A stretch of DNA of 64,000 nucleotides, taken from NCBI RefSeq assembly GCF_001194135.2, contig NC_068987.1, positions 13,777,534-13,841,533 on the forward strand, written 5' to 3'. Shown one piece after another: positions 27,790 to 39,816 of the stretch (positions are counted from its first letter, which is position 1; every line of letters starts with the position of its first letter). Position numbers and translations under genes: made by a program. The DNA comes from Octopus bimaculoides. Taxonomy: Eukaryota. The notes beneath the pieces are model-generated. The model was not told the origin of the DNA and did no database searches. It saw only the letters and a program-made list of their open reading frames with translations.

Positions 27790-27822
27790 GTTTCGGCTGA
27801 TATACCCTCCAGCCTTCATCAG
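27790..27822 (-). ncRNA. Hammerhead ribozyme catalytic core (Penelope-type minimal)
   Basis: CUGAUGA, one extra A, 5-bp stem II GGCUG/CAGCC, GAAAC. Confidence 0.7.
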
Positions 27823-27916
27823 ATGTCTTGGGGAAATTTCAAACCTGGGTTCTCATTCCTAAGGTACTCTTCGATGTTGTTGTTGTTGTTGTTGGTAGTA
27901 ATAGTAGTATTATTCA

Positions 27917-27989
27917 GGTCACTGCCTGGAATCGAACTCGGAATCTTGGGGTTAGTAGCCCATGCTCTTAACCACTACGCCATATGCCC
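27917..27989 (-). ncRNA. tRNA-derived Pol III head (not a functional tRNA)
   Basis: GGGCATATGGCGTAGTGGTTAAGAGCATGGGCTACTAACCCCAAGATTCCGAGTTCGATTCCAGGCAGTGACC: A box TGGCGTAGTGG, B box GAGTTCGATTCC; imperfect acceptor and anticodon stems. Confidence 0.75.
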
Positions 27990-28199
27990 GTGGGCATATG
28001 GCGTAGTGGTTAGGGTATATCAGCCGAAACGTGTTAACAAACAAGATGAGGACAAATATCCATCAATTGTAAATAATATAAAAATGTATAGATTGTGTAT
28101 GTTCACCTTTAACCCCTTTGAAACTAACCCATCTTAGATTGTTGCTTCTTCTTTTATTCCATAATACAAAACAACCCATTTTAAAAAGGCTGTATTTAA

Positions 28200-28419
28200 C
28201 CCTTTAGCATTTATACCGGCCATATCCGGTTAAAGCATTCTGCCTGTTTTATATTCAAACTGGCCAGATCTGGCTTCTCACACCAACCCTACAATATCAT
28301 TCTAAAAATTAACAGGTACCTCATCAAAATCTCATAGCTGCAAGATAATGCATGATTAGTTCAAAACAATGTGGATAAAAAAGCATTAATTATGGCAGAA
28401 TAATCTGAATACTAAGGGG
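28200..28419. mobile_element. piggyBac-type MITE, family 1
   Basis: TTAA-CCCTTTAGCATT ... AATACTAAGGGG-TTAG. Confidence 0.75.
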
Positions 28420-28429
28420 TTAGATAAAA

Positions 28430-29540
28430 CCTTTTGTCATTGTTTTATCGAAGACCTTTTTTGTTAATTTATGTTCCAAACACCAATTTCATAATGGAGA
28501 AGTTATTCTTTGGTGAAATAGGCATCAGAGATGCTTTACTTCACACAGAAACTGCAGGAGCTACTCAGAGGTTTTGCAATCTCTCCTGAATCCATCGCAA
28601 TGTTGGAAATCCTTTGATGTCACCAGCAGGTATCTCAGGGTGACAAGCGCTTCATCCTTTAGCCTGTACACTTCACCTTAATAGTATAGTGAGGACTAAA
28701 TTAGTCTTTGCTTGCAGAAGGGTTCCACTTATAGTCTTTCGTAAACTTGTGAACAATAGCCAGCTTGAGCTCTCGGTTGTTGAATATTTTCAAAATTAAT
28801 TTAAACAGATGGATCAGTATGTTACTTTTAAAATGTGGTCCTGAATGGACTTGAAAGGTCATCGACTTAATTACCGTACATTGCCAAACCTTAAAATTTG
28901 GTATACACTGATAGACCTCAACAAATTTCAGTGGAAAGTTATATTGTCTATGTTGATACCCCATAAGTAAGACAGGATTTAGACATGTTTTTTGTTCTAA
29001 CATCTTATAGTTCTTATCATCATTAAACCTTACTGCATGGGAACCAAGTATACTTGGTCCCATACATCTGCACTTGAAATACAGGAACCAAGTTCAGTCA
29101 TGTTTGATATAGAGGGGTACATTCCAGAATTCTTCACATTTCATATCATGTCGTATGCAATTTTGTTTTTTTTTAACTGGCCATTAGAAATAAAATTATG
29201 AGAACTGGTTTGCATATGATTAGCATGTTAGGTCATCAGCAGTAATTTAATCAGCACAGTGAGGGTTGACAGTAACATTACCAGTAAGGCTCTCCAATTA
29301 CAGATATACATTGCTTGAGCTTCATCAGTGAACCCGTTTCTTTTTCATGTCTCAAATTGGTGTTTCACAACATGGGATTAAATTCCATGTGTTGTAATGT
29401 TACATTTACTTGGTAGCAGTCGTAACCCCAGCACAGAGATATGTATATATGCCAAAGATATTTTATTTAATTCTTCCTTGTTTTAAGAATTAATTGAAAT
29501 AAAGGCAAACCATTTTAATAGAAATAAGGTGACAAAAGGG
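28430..29540. mobile_element. piggyBac-type MITE, family 2, containing ~950 bp of unidentified internal sequence
   Basis: Ends CCTTTTGTCA / TGACAAAAGGG-TTAA; 28460-28506 and 29461-29540 match adjacent parts of the 223-bp copy at 34069-34291. Confidence 0.6.
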
Positions 29541-29608
29541 TTAAATTTGATTAAGTCAAAGTATAAGATATGTAAAAGTTTTTTTTTTTTTAACAAAAGT
29601 TTTTCTGA

Positions 29609-29898
29609 ACCAGAAGACGTTTGGCATTATGTTGTGCTTGAGAAGAAGACCCATCAAGCCGAACAAAATTGCAGTCGTAGCAGATATTGGTGTCACGCAA
29701 ATGGCATCCGTGCCAGTGACACATAAAAACACCTACTACACTCTCAGAGTGGTTGATGTTAGGAAGGGCATCCAGCCATAGAAAACCATGCCAAATCAGA
29801 CTGGAACCTGGTGCAGCCTTTCAGCGTGCCAGCCCAGTCAAACTGTCCCACCCATGCCAGCATGGACGACGAACGTTAAATGATGATTATGATGATGA
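29609..29898 (+). mobile_element. RTE LINE 3' end (5'-truncated) with (GAT)n tail
   Basis: EDVWHYVVLEKK ORF-end remnant, then aggaagggcatccagc...gacgaacgttaaatgatg. Confidence 0.75.
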
Positions 29899-30779
29899 CA
29901 TATATATATATATATCTACAATGGGCTTCATTTAGTTTCTGTCTAGCAAATCCACTCACAAGGCTTTGGTCAGCCTAAAGCTATAGTAGAAGACACTTGC
30001 CCAAGGTGCCATGCAGTGGGTCTGAACCTGGAACCATGTAGTTGGGAATTAAACTTCTTACCACACAGCTATGCTTGCACAGAAAGAATATATATTTTTT
30101 AATTTATGTCTATTTTATTGATTATTGCAGTCTGCAGAGTGTTTATGCATTATATATGTAATACATATGTGTCATATATATAATAATTAAATTATAGATT
30201 ATGCACTTTGTGTTTTATTATACGTGTGATCCCTCAGTCTGCGGGAAAATTGTCTCACGTGAAACCAGTCTGTGGTGCAAAAAAGACTGGGGCCACTGCT
30301 TTACTGGTAAGATTATTGTTAACGTGGTTGTCCATCAAGCAGATAGACACAGAGACATGGTTTCTGTCTTATTAAGCTTGTTTCTTTTATGTCTTAAATT
30401 ACTCTGTTTCTCCATCATTTTTGCATTTGCTGGCAAAGGTTGGATGCAACTTCTTGAGACAGTATTCTAACCTTCCTGATGCCTAACCCTCTATGTCTTC
30501 TCATATCAAACCACTGCTGGATGTTTTGCTTATGGGAAATAACACCACCAAAATGTTATCAAGCAAAGACATGCCAATACAAACATGCATGCATACACAC
30601 ACACATACATATTGGGCTTCTGTACAGTTTCTCTGTACCAATTTCACAAGACATTCATCAGCCTGAGGTCATAGTTGAAGATACTTGCCCAAGGTGCCAT
30701 CTAATAGTCATACACAGAACCAAAAGTTTTGCCTGTAACTTTTATATTTATTATCATTTACATTAAAATCTCGACAGTT

Positions 30780-31160
30780 TACTCTTTTACTTGTTTCAAT
30801 CATTTGACTGCGGCCATGCTGGAGCACCGCCTTTAGTCAAGCAAATCAACCCCAGGACTTATTCTTTGGATGCCTAGTACTTATTCTATCGGTCTCTTTT
30901 GCCGAACTGCTAAGTTACAGGGACGTAAACACACCACCATCGGTTGTCAAGCGATGTTGGGGGGACAAACACAGACACACAAACACACACACACACACAT
31001 ATATACAACCGGATTCTTTCAGTTTCCGTCTACCAAATCCACTTACAAGGCTTTGGTCGGCCCGAGGCTATAGTAGAAGACACTTACCCAAGGTGCCACG
31101 CAGTGGGAATGTACCTGGAACCATGTGGTTGGTAAGCAAGCTACTTACCACACAGCCACG
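30780..31160 (-). mobile_element. Full-length tRNA/CORE-like SINE
   Basis: Reverse complement of the 15080 and 51234 element. Confidence 0.85.
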
Positions 31161-31600
31161 TTGTACAAGTTGTACATTTTCAATAGGTGTAACCACTGCA
31201 AGACAGAAATTACATTTTCAATACAAATTCTATGTATTTTTTAAAAAAAGATTATTTTGTCCTTGTGTTGAGGTTAAACAACTGTTTATCATTTGAAATG
31301 TTATCAAATATTGAATATTTGTTTATATCTTTGTATCTTTGTCAGAATGGAATATCAAATTCATATCAACATTGTCATAATTGATTTAGTTTTCATTAAT
31401 GAAATACACTATCTTGACAGTTTCTTGCTTTGATAGCATAACATATGCAAAGAGTGTTTTTTTATAACTTATATAATGTATAATGCAATTGTCTGCGTGT
31501 GTGTGTGTGTGTGTGTGTGTGCATGCACGCTATTTAAGATTTTCAGAGATGTACTCACATAGCAAGTGACCTGATCTGAGATTGTATGCTGAAACAAAAA

Positions 31601-31894
31601 CAATTGCAGCGTAGAAGGTGTTTATAAGCCATTTAAAAACACACAAAAACCGTTAGATTCACTTTAACATTTAAATTTAATTTGCCAAAATATTTTCGTC
31701 GCTTTGAGACCGCGACCTGTTCACTGACAAAATTCCGTGCCATATCTGATGCAGCTCGGAATTTTGTCAGTGAACAGGTCGCGGTCTCAAAGCGACGAAA
31801 ATATTTTGGCAAATTGAATTTAAATGTTGAAGTGAATCTAACAGTTTTTGTGTGTTTCTTAAATGGCTAAAAAACACCTTCCACACTGCAATTG
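31601..31894. repeat. Long near-perfect inverted repeat (foldback/MITE-like element)
   Basis: Arms 31601-31737 and 31757-31894 (~137 bp) around a 19-nt spacer; CpGs retained. Confidence 0.9.
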
Positions 31895-33840
31895 CTTTTA
31901 TTAAGAATTGTATGTTCAAATGTTGTGTGTATATTTTAGAAATATAACCAGTTTATTGTGCACAAATGTTAACAAAATCTTTTATTGGACCCTAGTTGAG
32001 AACCACTGATATAAAGAATGGTAGGATTTCTATTGGAGACTTTCTGTTTTTCTCCACTGGTGCCTGCTTGGTGCTTTCTTAGCCACCAGTAAACCAGTTT
32101 ATGGCTTTACTATTAGCTGTGAGCCAAATATAATCTATCTGCTCTCTGGTGATACAATCTTAGACTAGAAGGTTCAATCTCTCCCCACCCCTCCACTTAC
32201 CCTCTTTATTATCTCTGATCCTTTTTCCTCTCTCATTACTTCTCTTAATTCCCTTTCATCTTCTCCTTCATTATTACTCTATCTCACTCACTCACTCTCA
32301 CATCTCTGCTTCATCTGTGTTGTATCTCCCTTGGCTGCTATTTGTTTTGTTTTTTTATTATTCCAAGAAGTAAAAAAAAAAAACACTCCAGTTCCTTCTT
32401 TCTCTCTGTCTTTTTTTACTTGTACACTATCTCATTTACTGAACTCCCCTCTGCAACGGCAGTTATCTTAACAGGCTAACCTTTCTTATCTGTTCTCAAA
32501 ATTCCTGATGGTTTTATTTTTCATGGTTGGGCTATATGAACAGAACTGGTACATGCAGTAGATGATATTTCGGGGTTGGGTAAGAGATAGTTATTTAGGT
32601 TGTTTGAATTCATTCAACTTGAAGCTTAATAGTTTGCACTAGTGACCTATACAGTATTTCCTTTCTTACCTTACTACCTAACGGGCCTCGTCAGGTGCTT
32701 GAATGACTTAAAAACTAGTATCACTGACACAATGTCACAAAATTTGAGAGAAAATCAGTTTTTGTTTTGTTTTCTTTCATTTTCTCAAGCTTGGTTTCCA
32801 TGACATATAAGTGACTGAGATCGCAACATTCACCCTGAACAGGATGCCAGTTTATTACAGGGCTCAAAGACAACAATTCTGAGGGAAAGGGACAAGTCTA
32901 GTACATCTACACCAGTAGCTAACTGGGAATTTTATTTTATCAACCCCAATGGGATGAAAAGCATAGCTGACTTTGGCTGGGTTTGGGCTCAGAGCCATAA
33001 AGAGCCGGAAAAAATGTCACTAATGATTCTACCAACTCACCACCTAAATGTGAACGGATTACATCAGTCCCAGTATTTGACAGCTACTTTTATCAACCCT
33101 TGGAGTGTAAAGAGTAAAGTTGGCTCTAGCTGGATTTGAACTCAGAATGTAAAGGGATGTCACTAGCACACTACTGATTATGCTATTCCACTGCCGTAAT
33201 AATGATAATATTAGTTTCAAACTTTGGCACAAGGCCAGCAGTTTTGGGGAGGGCTTAAATTGATTACATCAACCCCCAGAACTCAGAATGTAAAGGGATG
33301 TCACTAGCACTCTACCGATTCTACTGTTCCACTGCCCTAATAATGATTATATTAGTTTCAAACTTTGGCACTTATTTTTTATCAATCCCAAAATGATGAA
33401 TGAAAGGCAAAGTCAACCCTGGTGGAATTTGAACTCAGAACATAAAAATGGACGAAATGCCACTAAGGCATTTTGCCTCCTAAAACTTAAGACTGTGGTA
33501 ACTTGATAATAAGACCAACTACATTTTCATTTGTTTCTTTTTCCGAACATGTTTACAAATTTTTCAATGAATAATTAACACTAGAGTGAAACAATGTTTA
33601 TGAAATTTCATGAAAAGGAAATAAATAAATGGGAAAGCATAATTGAAACCAGAAAAACAGAAGAAACAGACAAGCAAACTTAGTAATTAAAAATAATGGA
33701 ATATTTTCAAAAAATGTATTTTTAGTTTTAGTAATAATGAGTTATATGAATTTACTAAACTATCAAGACATATTATGTAGAGTTTTATTGAAGGAAGAAT
33801 ACATGTGTGGGTGAAAACTATTCAGCTAATTTAAACCCCA

Positions 33841-33851
33841 CTCTCTCTCTT

Positions 33852-33933
<82 letters not shown>

Positions 33934-33936
33934 CCT

Positions 33937-34011
<75 letters not shown>

Positions 34012-34020
34012 TCTCTCTCT
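33841..34020. repeat. (CT)n microsatellite, ~180 bp
   Basis: Visible directly in the sequence. Confidence 0.95.
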
Positions 34021-34068
34021 CAGTATGGACTTACTGAAGTTAATTGAGATATGTATCAATGTAATTAA

Positions 34069-34291
34069 CCCTTTTGTTACCACTTTCTTTTGAAATATTA
34101 TACAGCCTTTGTTTCAATTAATTTTGAAAATAATGAAGAATTTTGTAATATAACTTTGTCATTATTAAGGCGGTGTTTGGAACATAAATTAAAATAGCAT
34201 TGTATGAAAGGTTTTAATTCTAGATCACTCCCAAACAGGAAGCTTGCATCACAAATCAGACTTGGTCCCAGATGGGCTGGTATCAAAAGGG
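34069..34291. mobile_element. piggyBac-type MITE, family 2
   Basis: TTAA on both sides; 14-bp TIR CCCTTTTGTTACCA / TGGTATCAAAAGGG (13/14). Confidence 0.85.
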
Positions 34292-34399
34292 TTAAGGTTA
34301 GCTGTAGATGTTTTGATTTCATTAATCAGTTGTTGTTTGTATTAGTCAGAATACGATGAGTGATATCCAGGCTGGTGAAGATGATACAGTTGATGATCT

Positions 34400-35110
34400 G
34401 CTTAAACTTTCCTTAGGTTGCTGTTTGTGGGGAAAGAAAAGAAAAAATAAGTGTGTGCTTGGAGAGAAATCTATACAGTTGTAGTTCTGAAGGATTGATC
34501 TAAGTATTTAGCATGTGGGTTTGGTAAGTGAAACTTGTATTAATTACGAGAGGATGGGCAACTAATGCATCGAGTGCGACAGGGTGAAAGTGGTACACAA
34601 GATAGCTAGTTCAGAAGAGCATAAGTCATTATTTGTAGCTTTTATGATTTTAGCAGTATGTTATTCATACATAGGGAGTGTAATAGAAACTGTTTCTTTT
34701 TAACATCTGTAGTTATTTGAGTCTTGGTGGTGGTGGTGGGGTCGTTGGAAGTGATTAGGTCGTCTGGAGGATGTTTTTAAATCATTTATTCACGGGAATA
34801 GTGCAAGGTGTTCAAGTTGTACTTGGTAGATGTCTTTGTACGAATGGTTAAGGAGTGATGGATGGTATTGTCTATCAAGGAATGTATGCAGTTAGAAGTA
34901 GGTTATTAATGTACATGAGGAGGAGTTAGCTGAACCCTGAGGTATGCAAGAGTTGATATTGGAAGCAGGATAGATCCTTATCAAAGCATACTGCAATGGA
35001 GTGGTGACAGAAGAAACACCAAATTGAAATTTTAGTTTGGTTCTTTACCCACTGCACCATCTGGCATTGGACTATTTCTAGTCAAAGTTGAGGTCTCATG
35101 GAAGTTGAGA
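34400..35110 (-). mobile_element. Decayed Jockey/CR1-like LINE RT fragment
   Basis: Minus strand INSCIPQGS and INNLLLTA, with a DNTIHHS remnant (cf. INSGVPQGSVL...FINDLL...FADDTTLH). Confidence 0.5.
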
Positions 35111-36060
35111 TACATTACATATACACAAAATAAGCTTCAAATTCATAAAGGAGGTGAAGCATTAGGTGTGTACTTGTGGCATTCGTGTATTTCTCAAAAT
35201 CAGCAACAGATCTATGTGATATGTATACATCATGGAGTTGAAACTAAATCACAGATTCTTCTACAATACTCACCACTAAACTCTGATGCTCAACAAGGTA
35301 ATCTTATCACATGCTTTTTATGCTGTGGTTAATTCATGGATCATATAAAATATATGTAATCATAACATTTGAATTAGATCAACACATAAAAATATGGGAG
35401 CAATTAATTTGAGGGTTTTCTTTTTTTTTTTTTTTTTTTTTTTTTTGGTTTTTTTTATAGCTTGTGACTTAATCTTTGGATTTGTTTTAATTATTGTTGC
35501 ATACTTTCAGGATCGGGAAATATTTACAGTTGGTTTCAGTCTAATGTTTTAGGATTCAGATTACTCTGTCAAATTTAATTCTTATTTATTCATATTGTTT
35601 TGAATTGATCATGCATTATCTTGTAACTTTGAAATTTCAAAGATGTGCTTGTTCAATTTTAGAATGACACCGTTCGGTAGGTGTAAAAAAGGATAAACAT
35701 CCCTCTGTGGTACATCCGCTAATAATATATCACCTGAAGAAATGAATCAATGAGGATGGTCAACCGGATGCCCATGGCTACAACAGACTACACCAGTCAT
35801 CCCAGGAATATAGATTGAGATCTTAAGAATCATGTGATTTGTGGAAGCGCACATAGCAATGCATTAAATGTTTATAAATTCCATTCAAGGATTATTGCTG
35901 TTATTATATTTATCTTACATTATATTGGTACAACTTCATGCAACCCTGAAAAACTAGCTCACTAGTCAGCATCGTTAGACAGTGGTTGGCATCATAAAAT
36001 GGAGCTTTATCTGCATATTCAAAACTTTTCCCATGAACAAATTTAAATGATATATATATA

Positions 36061-36107
<47 letters not shown>

Positions 36108-36116
36108 ATATATATA

Positions 36117-36151
<35 letters not shown>

Positions 36152-37249
36152 GATACGATTAGCAAAAGAATGATATGACATGTTGGGAAACTGGCGGCTG
36201 ATAGGTGTCATTGAAAGAAGGGCAAATGCCAATTTGTGAATATCAAATTAGGATGCTTATCTATAAATTAGCTGGACTAAATTAAACAGCTTTTTATTTT
36301 TTATTTTTCACTTCGTTGAAAATTAAAATGAAAAATCCTTGTCTGTGGTTGTTATATATCAACATGATGTTTGCCATTGAAATAAAATCAATTTTCTGTT
36401 TGATTTAACATTTCAAAATGAAGTAATGAAATTCTCTGTTAAATGAATAGTAAATTCTGACACCTAAATAACAGATTATATTTTTTTGAATACTTTATAT
36501 ACAAAAACACTAAACAGAACAGGTTTTTAATTGTATTTACTCTTCTCATTACTTTGAAAATATTGTGTACACAACACACATGCTACTATACCCATCTCTT
36601 TTCAGGAATACATACTTTTAACATGTTAACTTTTGCAAACACAACCGTTTTTTTTTCTGACACCTACATTCAGGTATATATTCGCATACACCTGCCTTGT
36701 AACATAGACAAAAGTATGTCAAAATATATTTATAAAATTCTTGATTTATAAAATGTGTAATGATAGCATCAAAACTACCGATACTATGTTCACTTACCTA
36801 CAATACACTTTTTTTAGAACTGTTTTATCTATTTCTTTCCGTGAAGTCTTATCTCTGACTATCTGTAAGAGATGGCCTGGATTTAGGCAGTTTTGTATAT
36901 GTTTGTATCTATGTGTTTTACGTATATGTGCATGTATCTCCAAATATGTATGCATATATCAGAGCAAGTGCGTGTGTGTGTTTACATATATATATATGCA
37001 TACATCTGAGTATGTGGGTGTATACATATAAATAAATGAATGCATGTATGTACATATGTATTTACCTGTTTCCCTGCCTTTGATAACACTCAGCTGGAGT
37101 ATTATTTTGTTGTGAGACCAAAACCTTCCATTCTTTTCTCATGAGAAATGGCTGAATACTTTTTACAAATTATTTAGTGAAATTCACTGACTGCTAACTT
37201 ACCAAATTTTCTCAAAATTAATACTTATTTTCTTCCCCCTTTTTTTTCT

Positions 37250-37680
37250 TTTTTTCTCTTCTTTTAACTGAATTAGATTGACAGGGAAAAGAAGTGAGGT
37301 AGAAACTCTATCAGAGTGGGTAGTTAGGTAATTATGGATAACAATGCTGCAGTAGCTATAGATCTCTGAGTATATAAGTTTAGTTTGGGATTTTGGATAG
37401 TGTAACAAGCAGTAGCATCATGAATTACTAGAAAGTTAAAGAGATTTTAACTAGAGAGAGATTTGCATGATACAGAGGACTTACAGGCGACTGGTGATAA
37501 TGGACCAAGTAGAGAAAGTGGTACAGAGAATAAATTATGGCAAAGTTTTAGTACAAGACAGTTACATTGAATTAGATGTGGTTTGGGTTTGTACCAGAAC
37601 ATGGACCCAAAGCTAACATATTTCTATAGAGATAACGGTGAAGCAGTAGTTAGTGCTCAGACATAAATAAATAGCTTCAC
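37250..37680 (-). mobile_element. Possible CR1/L2-like LINE 3' remnant
   Basis: Weak translated similarity only (KLIYSEIYSYCSIVIHNYL region). Confidence 0.25.
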
Positions 37681-38267
37681 TTTGTATTTGCCAATCTAGA
37701 AAATACCATTGAAACTGTCCAACATTTCAAGTTTATATGCAAAGTCTGGCTAATATTACATACTTCATGCTTTAAAAGTCTTTCGTCCTGAATATGTACT
37801 GCTGAAATTGGGGTGTGTCTAAATGTACCGATGCATTTTTTATGCCATCAAATATTGTGGGTGTAAAGTGAATGGCTTGTGAAAGCCATTTAGTTCATGT
37901 ATGGGGGCGAGGTTCAAAGAGGAATGACCTGGTGGATTTTCACCAGGGATCTACTTTCAGTTTTATTCTCTTCATTGTAGTCTTTAAGAAAATGGTTCAC
38001 ACATGAATGCCCTCAGTAACTTCCCTATGGTTCTCATTGCAGAATCTTTTGAAGACCTGCAGACAAAAATTCCCAAACCTGGGAGAGTGATTAACAATGA
38101 AAAGCCAAAAGCCTAATATAGCATACAGCAAAGACAAAAGTTGTAATTAGTAGTAAAAGGAGACAAGTTTTTTTTTTTAGTATCATTTGGAAAGTATCAT
38201 TACTCAATGAGTAAGACTGGAATTGACAAAATATCAATAGCGTGTGTTCTATCCAATCATTAAAGAT

Positions 38268-38308
<41 letters not shown>

Positions 38309-38586
38309 GAAAGGTAACCTGGGTTATTATTATATACACCAGATGTACATAAGTAGTTAATACCAGGGGCACCTTTGAAATAAAGTCTTTGGCATGCTCA
38401 GATGGCTTGCTTTACACTTTTTAGTTTTTTCTTTCTTATTTTTTTTGTTATACAGATAAGGCAGTAAAAAGAGCAGCATGTGAAGTCTTGCATAACTTTG
38501 AGAATATGTTGCTTGTTGCAACATCTAAAAAAGGGAATACATATGGTTCCCTTTATTTTAACTTAAATATAATACTCCTACCTTTC

Positions 38587-38628
<42 letters not shown>

Positions 38629-39744
38629 GCTCTTTTATTAATTGTGAATATTATTCGCAGCTCTTAAGTCACTCCTACAGCTTAGTACTGTCAGTTAACA
38701 AAAGATTATACTGCATATGCTTTCTTGTAGTCTAGTTCTCTTTTCTCCTCTTATATAATTAAACTTCTCTCTCTCTTTCCCTCCTCTCTCTTTCTTTTTC
38801 TCTCATCATCATCATCATTGTTTAATGTCTATTTCCCATGCTTGCATGGGTCAAGCAGAATTTGTTGAGGCAGATTTTTCTACAGCTGGATACCCCTGCT
38901 GTCACCAACCCTAACCTGTTTCAAAGCAATGTAATATTTTTCCCCATGGCCAGACATGCTTGTATGATGGTGAGACCTGTTTACAATTGTCACATGATTT
39001 AAAGAAGGGCACACATACAGTGGGCCTCTTTCAGTTTTCATCTACCAAAATTAAGTCAAAAGGTTTTTGGGTCACTCCAGGGCTATTGTAGAAGACACAT
39101 TTCCAAGGTGCCATGCAATGGAACTAAACCCCAAACTACATGGTTGGGAGCAAGCTTCATGACCATCAACCATATATAAGAAGTTTGCTTGTCAACCACA
39201 TGGTTCTGAGTTCAATCCCACTGCACAACATCTTGGACAAGTGTCTTCTACTTCAGCCCCAAGCCAACCATAGTCTTATGAGCAGATTTGGTAGATGGAA
39301 ACTGGAAGAAGCCCATCGTGTGTGTGTGCGTGTGTTTTGTCTCACCTTGTCTTGACATCACATGACAGACTTAAATAATTGTCACTATCATACAAGCAGT
39401 GTCATTCATTTGTAATATCCTGTGAGAACATATCTGATGATGGCTAAATATTACCTTTCTAGGAAACAGGTGAGAGTTAGCAACAGGAAAGGTATTTAGG
39501 CCTTAGAATATATTCCTCAGTTAACTCTGTTCAACCCATTTGAATATAGAAAAATAGATGCTAAAATGACAACTTTTTTCATCTGAACTAACACATAATG
39601 CAAAACATTTGGAGTAGCATTGAAGTCTATCATTAACTTTAAATGCTTTAAATGAATAAATAAATTCTATTACTTGTTTCGAGAACTCTTTATTCTGTTT
39701 GTACATCCAAACACATCATTTCTTTCTTTCTTTCTTTCTTTCAG

Positions 39745-39816
39745 ATTTTACCCTCCATGATTATTCAGCTTCTGGAAGATTCAAGAAAGCACATATCAAT
39801 GCTTTCCACAAAGAAG
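39745..39816 (+). CDS. TMEM183: TMEM183 orthologue, internal coding exon (first one identified)
   Basis: Pyrimidine tract + cag acceptor, 72 nt, phase 1 to phase 1, donor G|gtaaga. Encodes DFTLHDYSASGRFKKAHINAFHKE, resembling the vertebrate TMEM183A N-terminal VTVADYANS...SGRVKKAVANAVQQE as recalled. Confidence 0.8.

Larger units (their letters stand above)
27705..28090 (-). mobile_element. tRNA-headed non-autonomous element with hammerhead core, plus an inverted deleted second copy
   Basis: Minus strand: tRNA-like head (27989-27917), AAT/AAC spacer, then CTGATGA-A-GGCTG(10 nt)CAGCC-GAAAC (27822-27790); inverted repeats 27753-27808 vs 28012-28064. Confidence 0.8.

Noticed and set aside
27917-27989. 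Functional tRNA gene
   Set aside because: Broken acceptor and anticodon stems, an ACT triplet at the anticodon position, and embedding in a repeat; treated as a SINE head.
29320-29345. Minus-strand CTGATGAAGCTCAAGC with a nearby GAAAC
   Set aside because: Motif order and spacing cannot form a hammerhead.
38456-38546. Possible TMEM183 upstream exon (DKAVKRAACEVLHNFENMLLVATSKKGNTY)
   Set aside because: Good acceptor, but the only in-phase donor (gttccc) is very poor and there is no recognisable homology.
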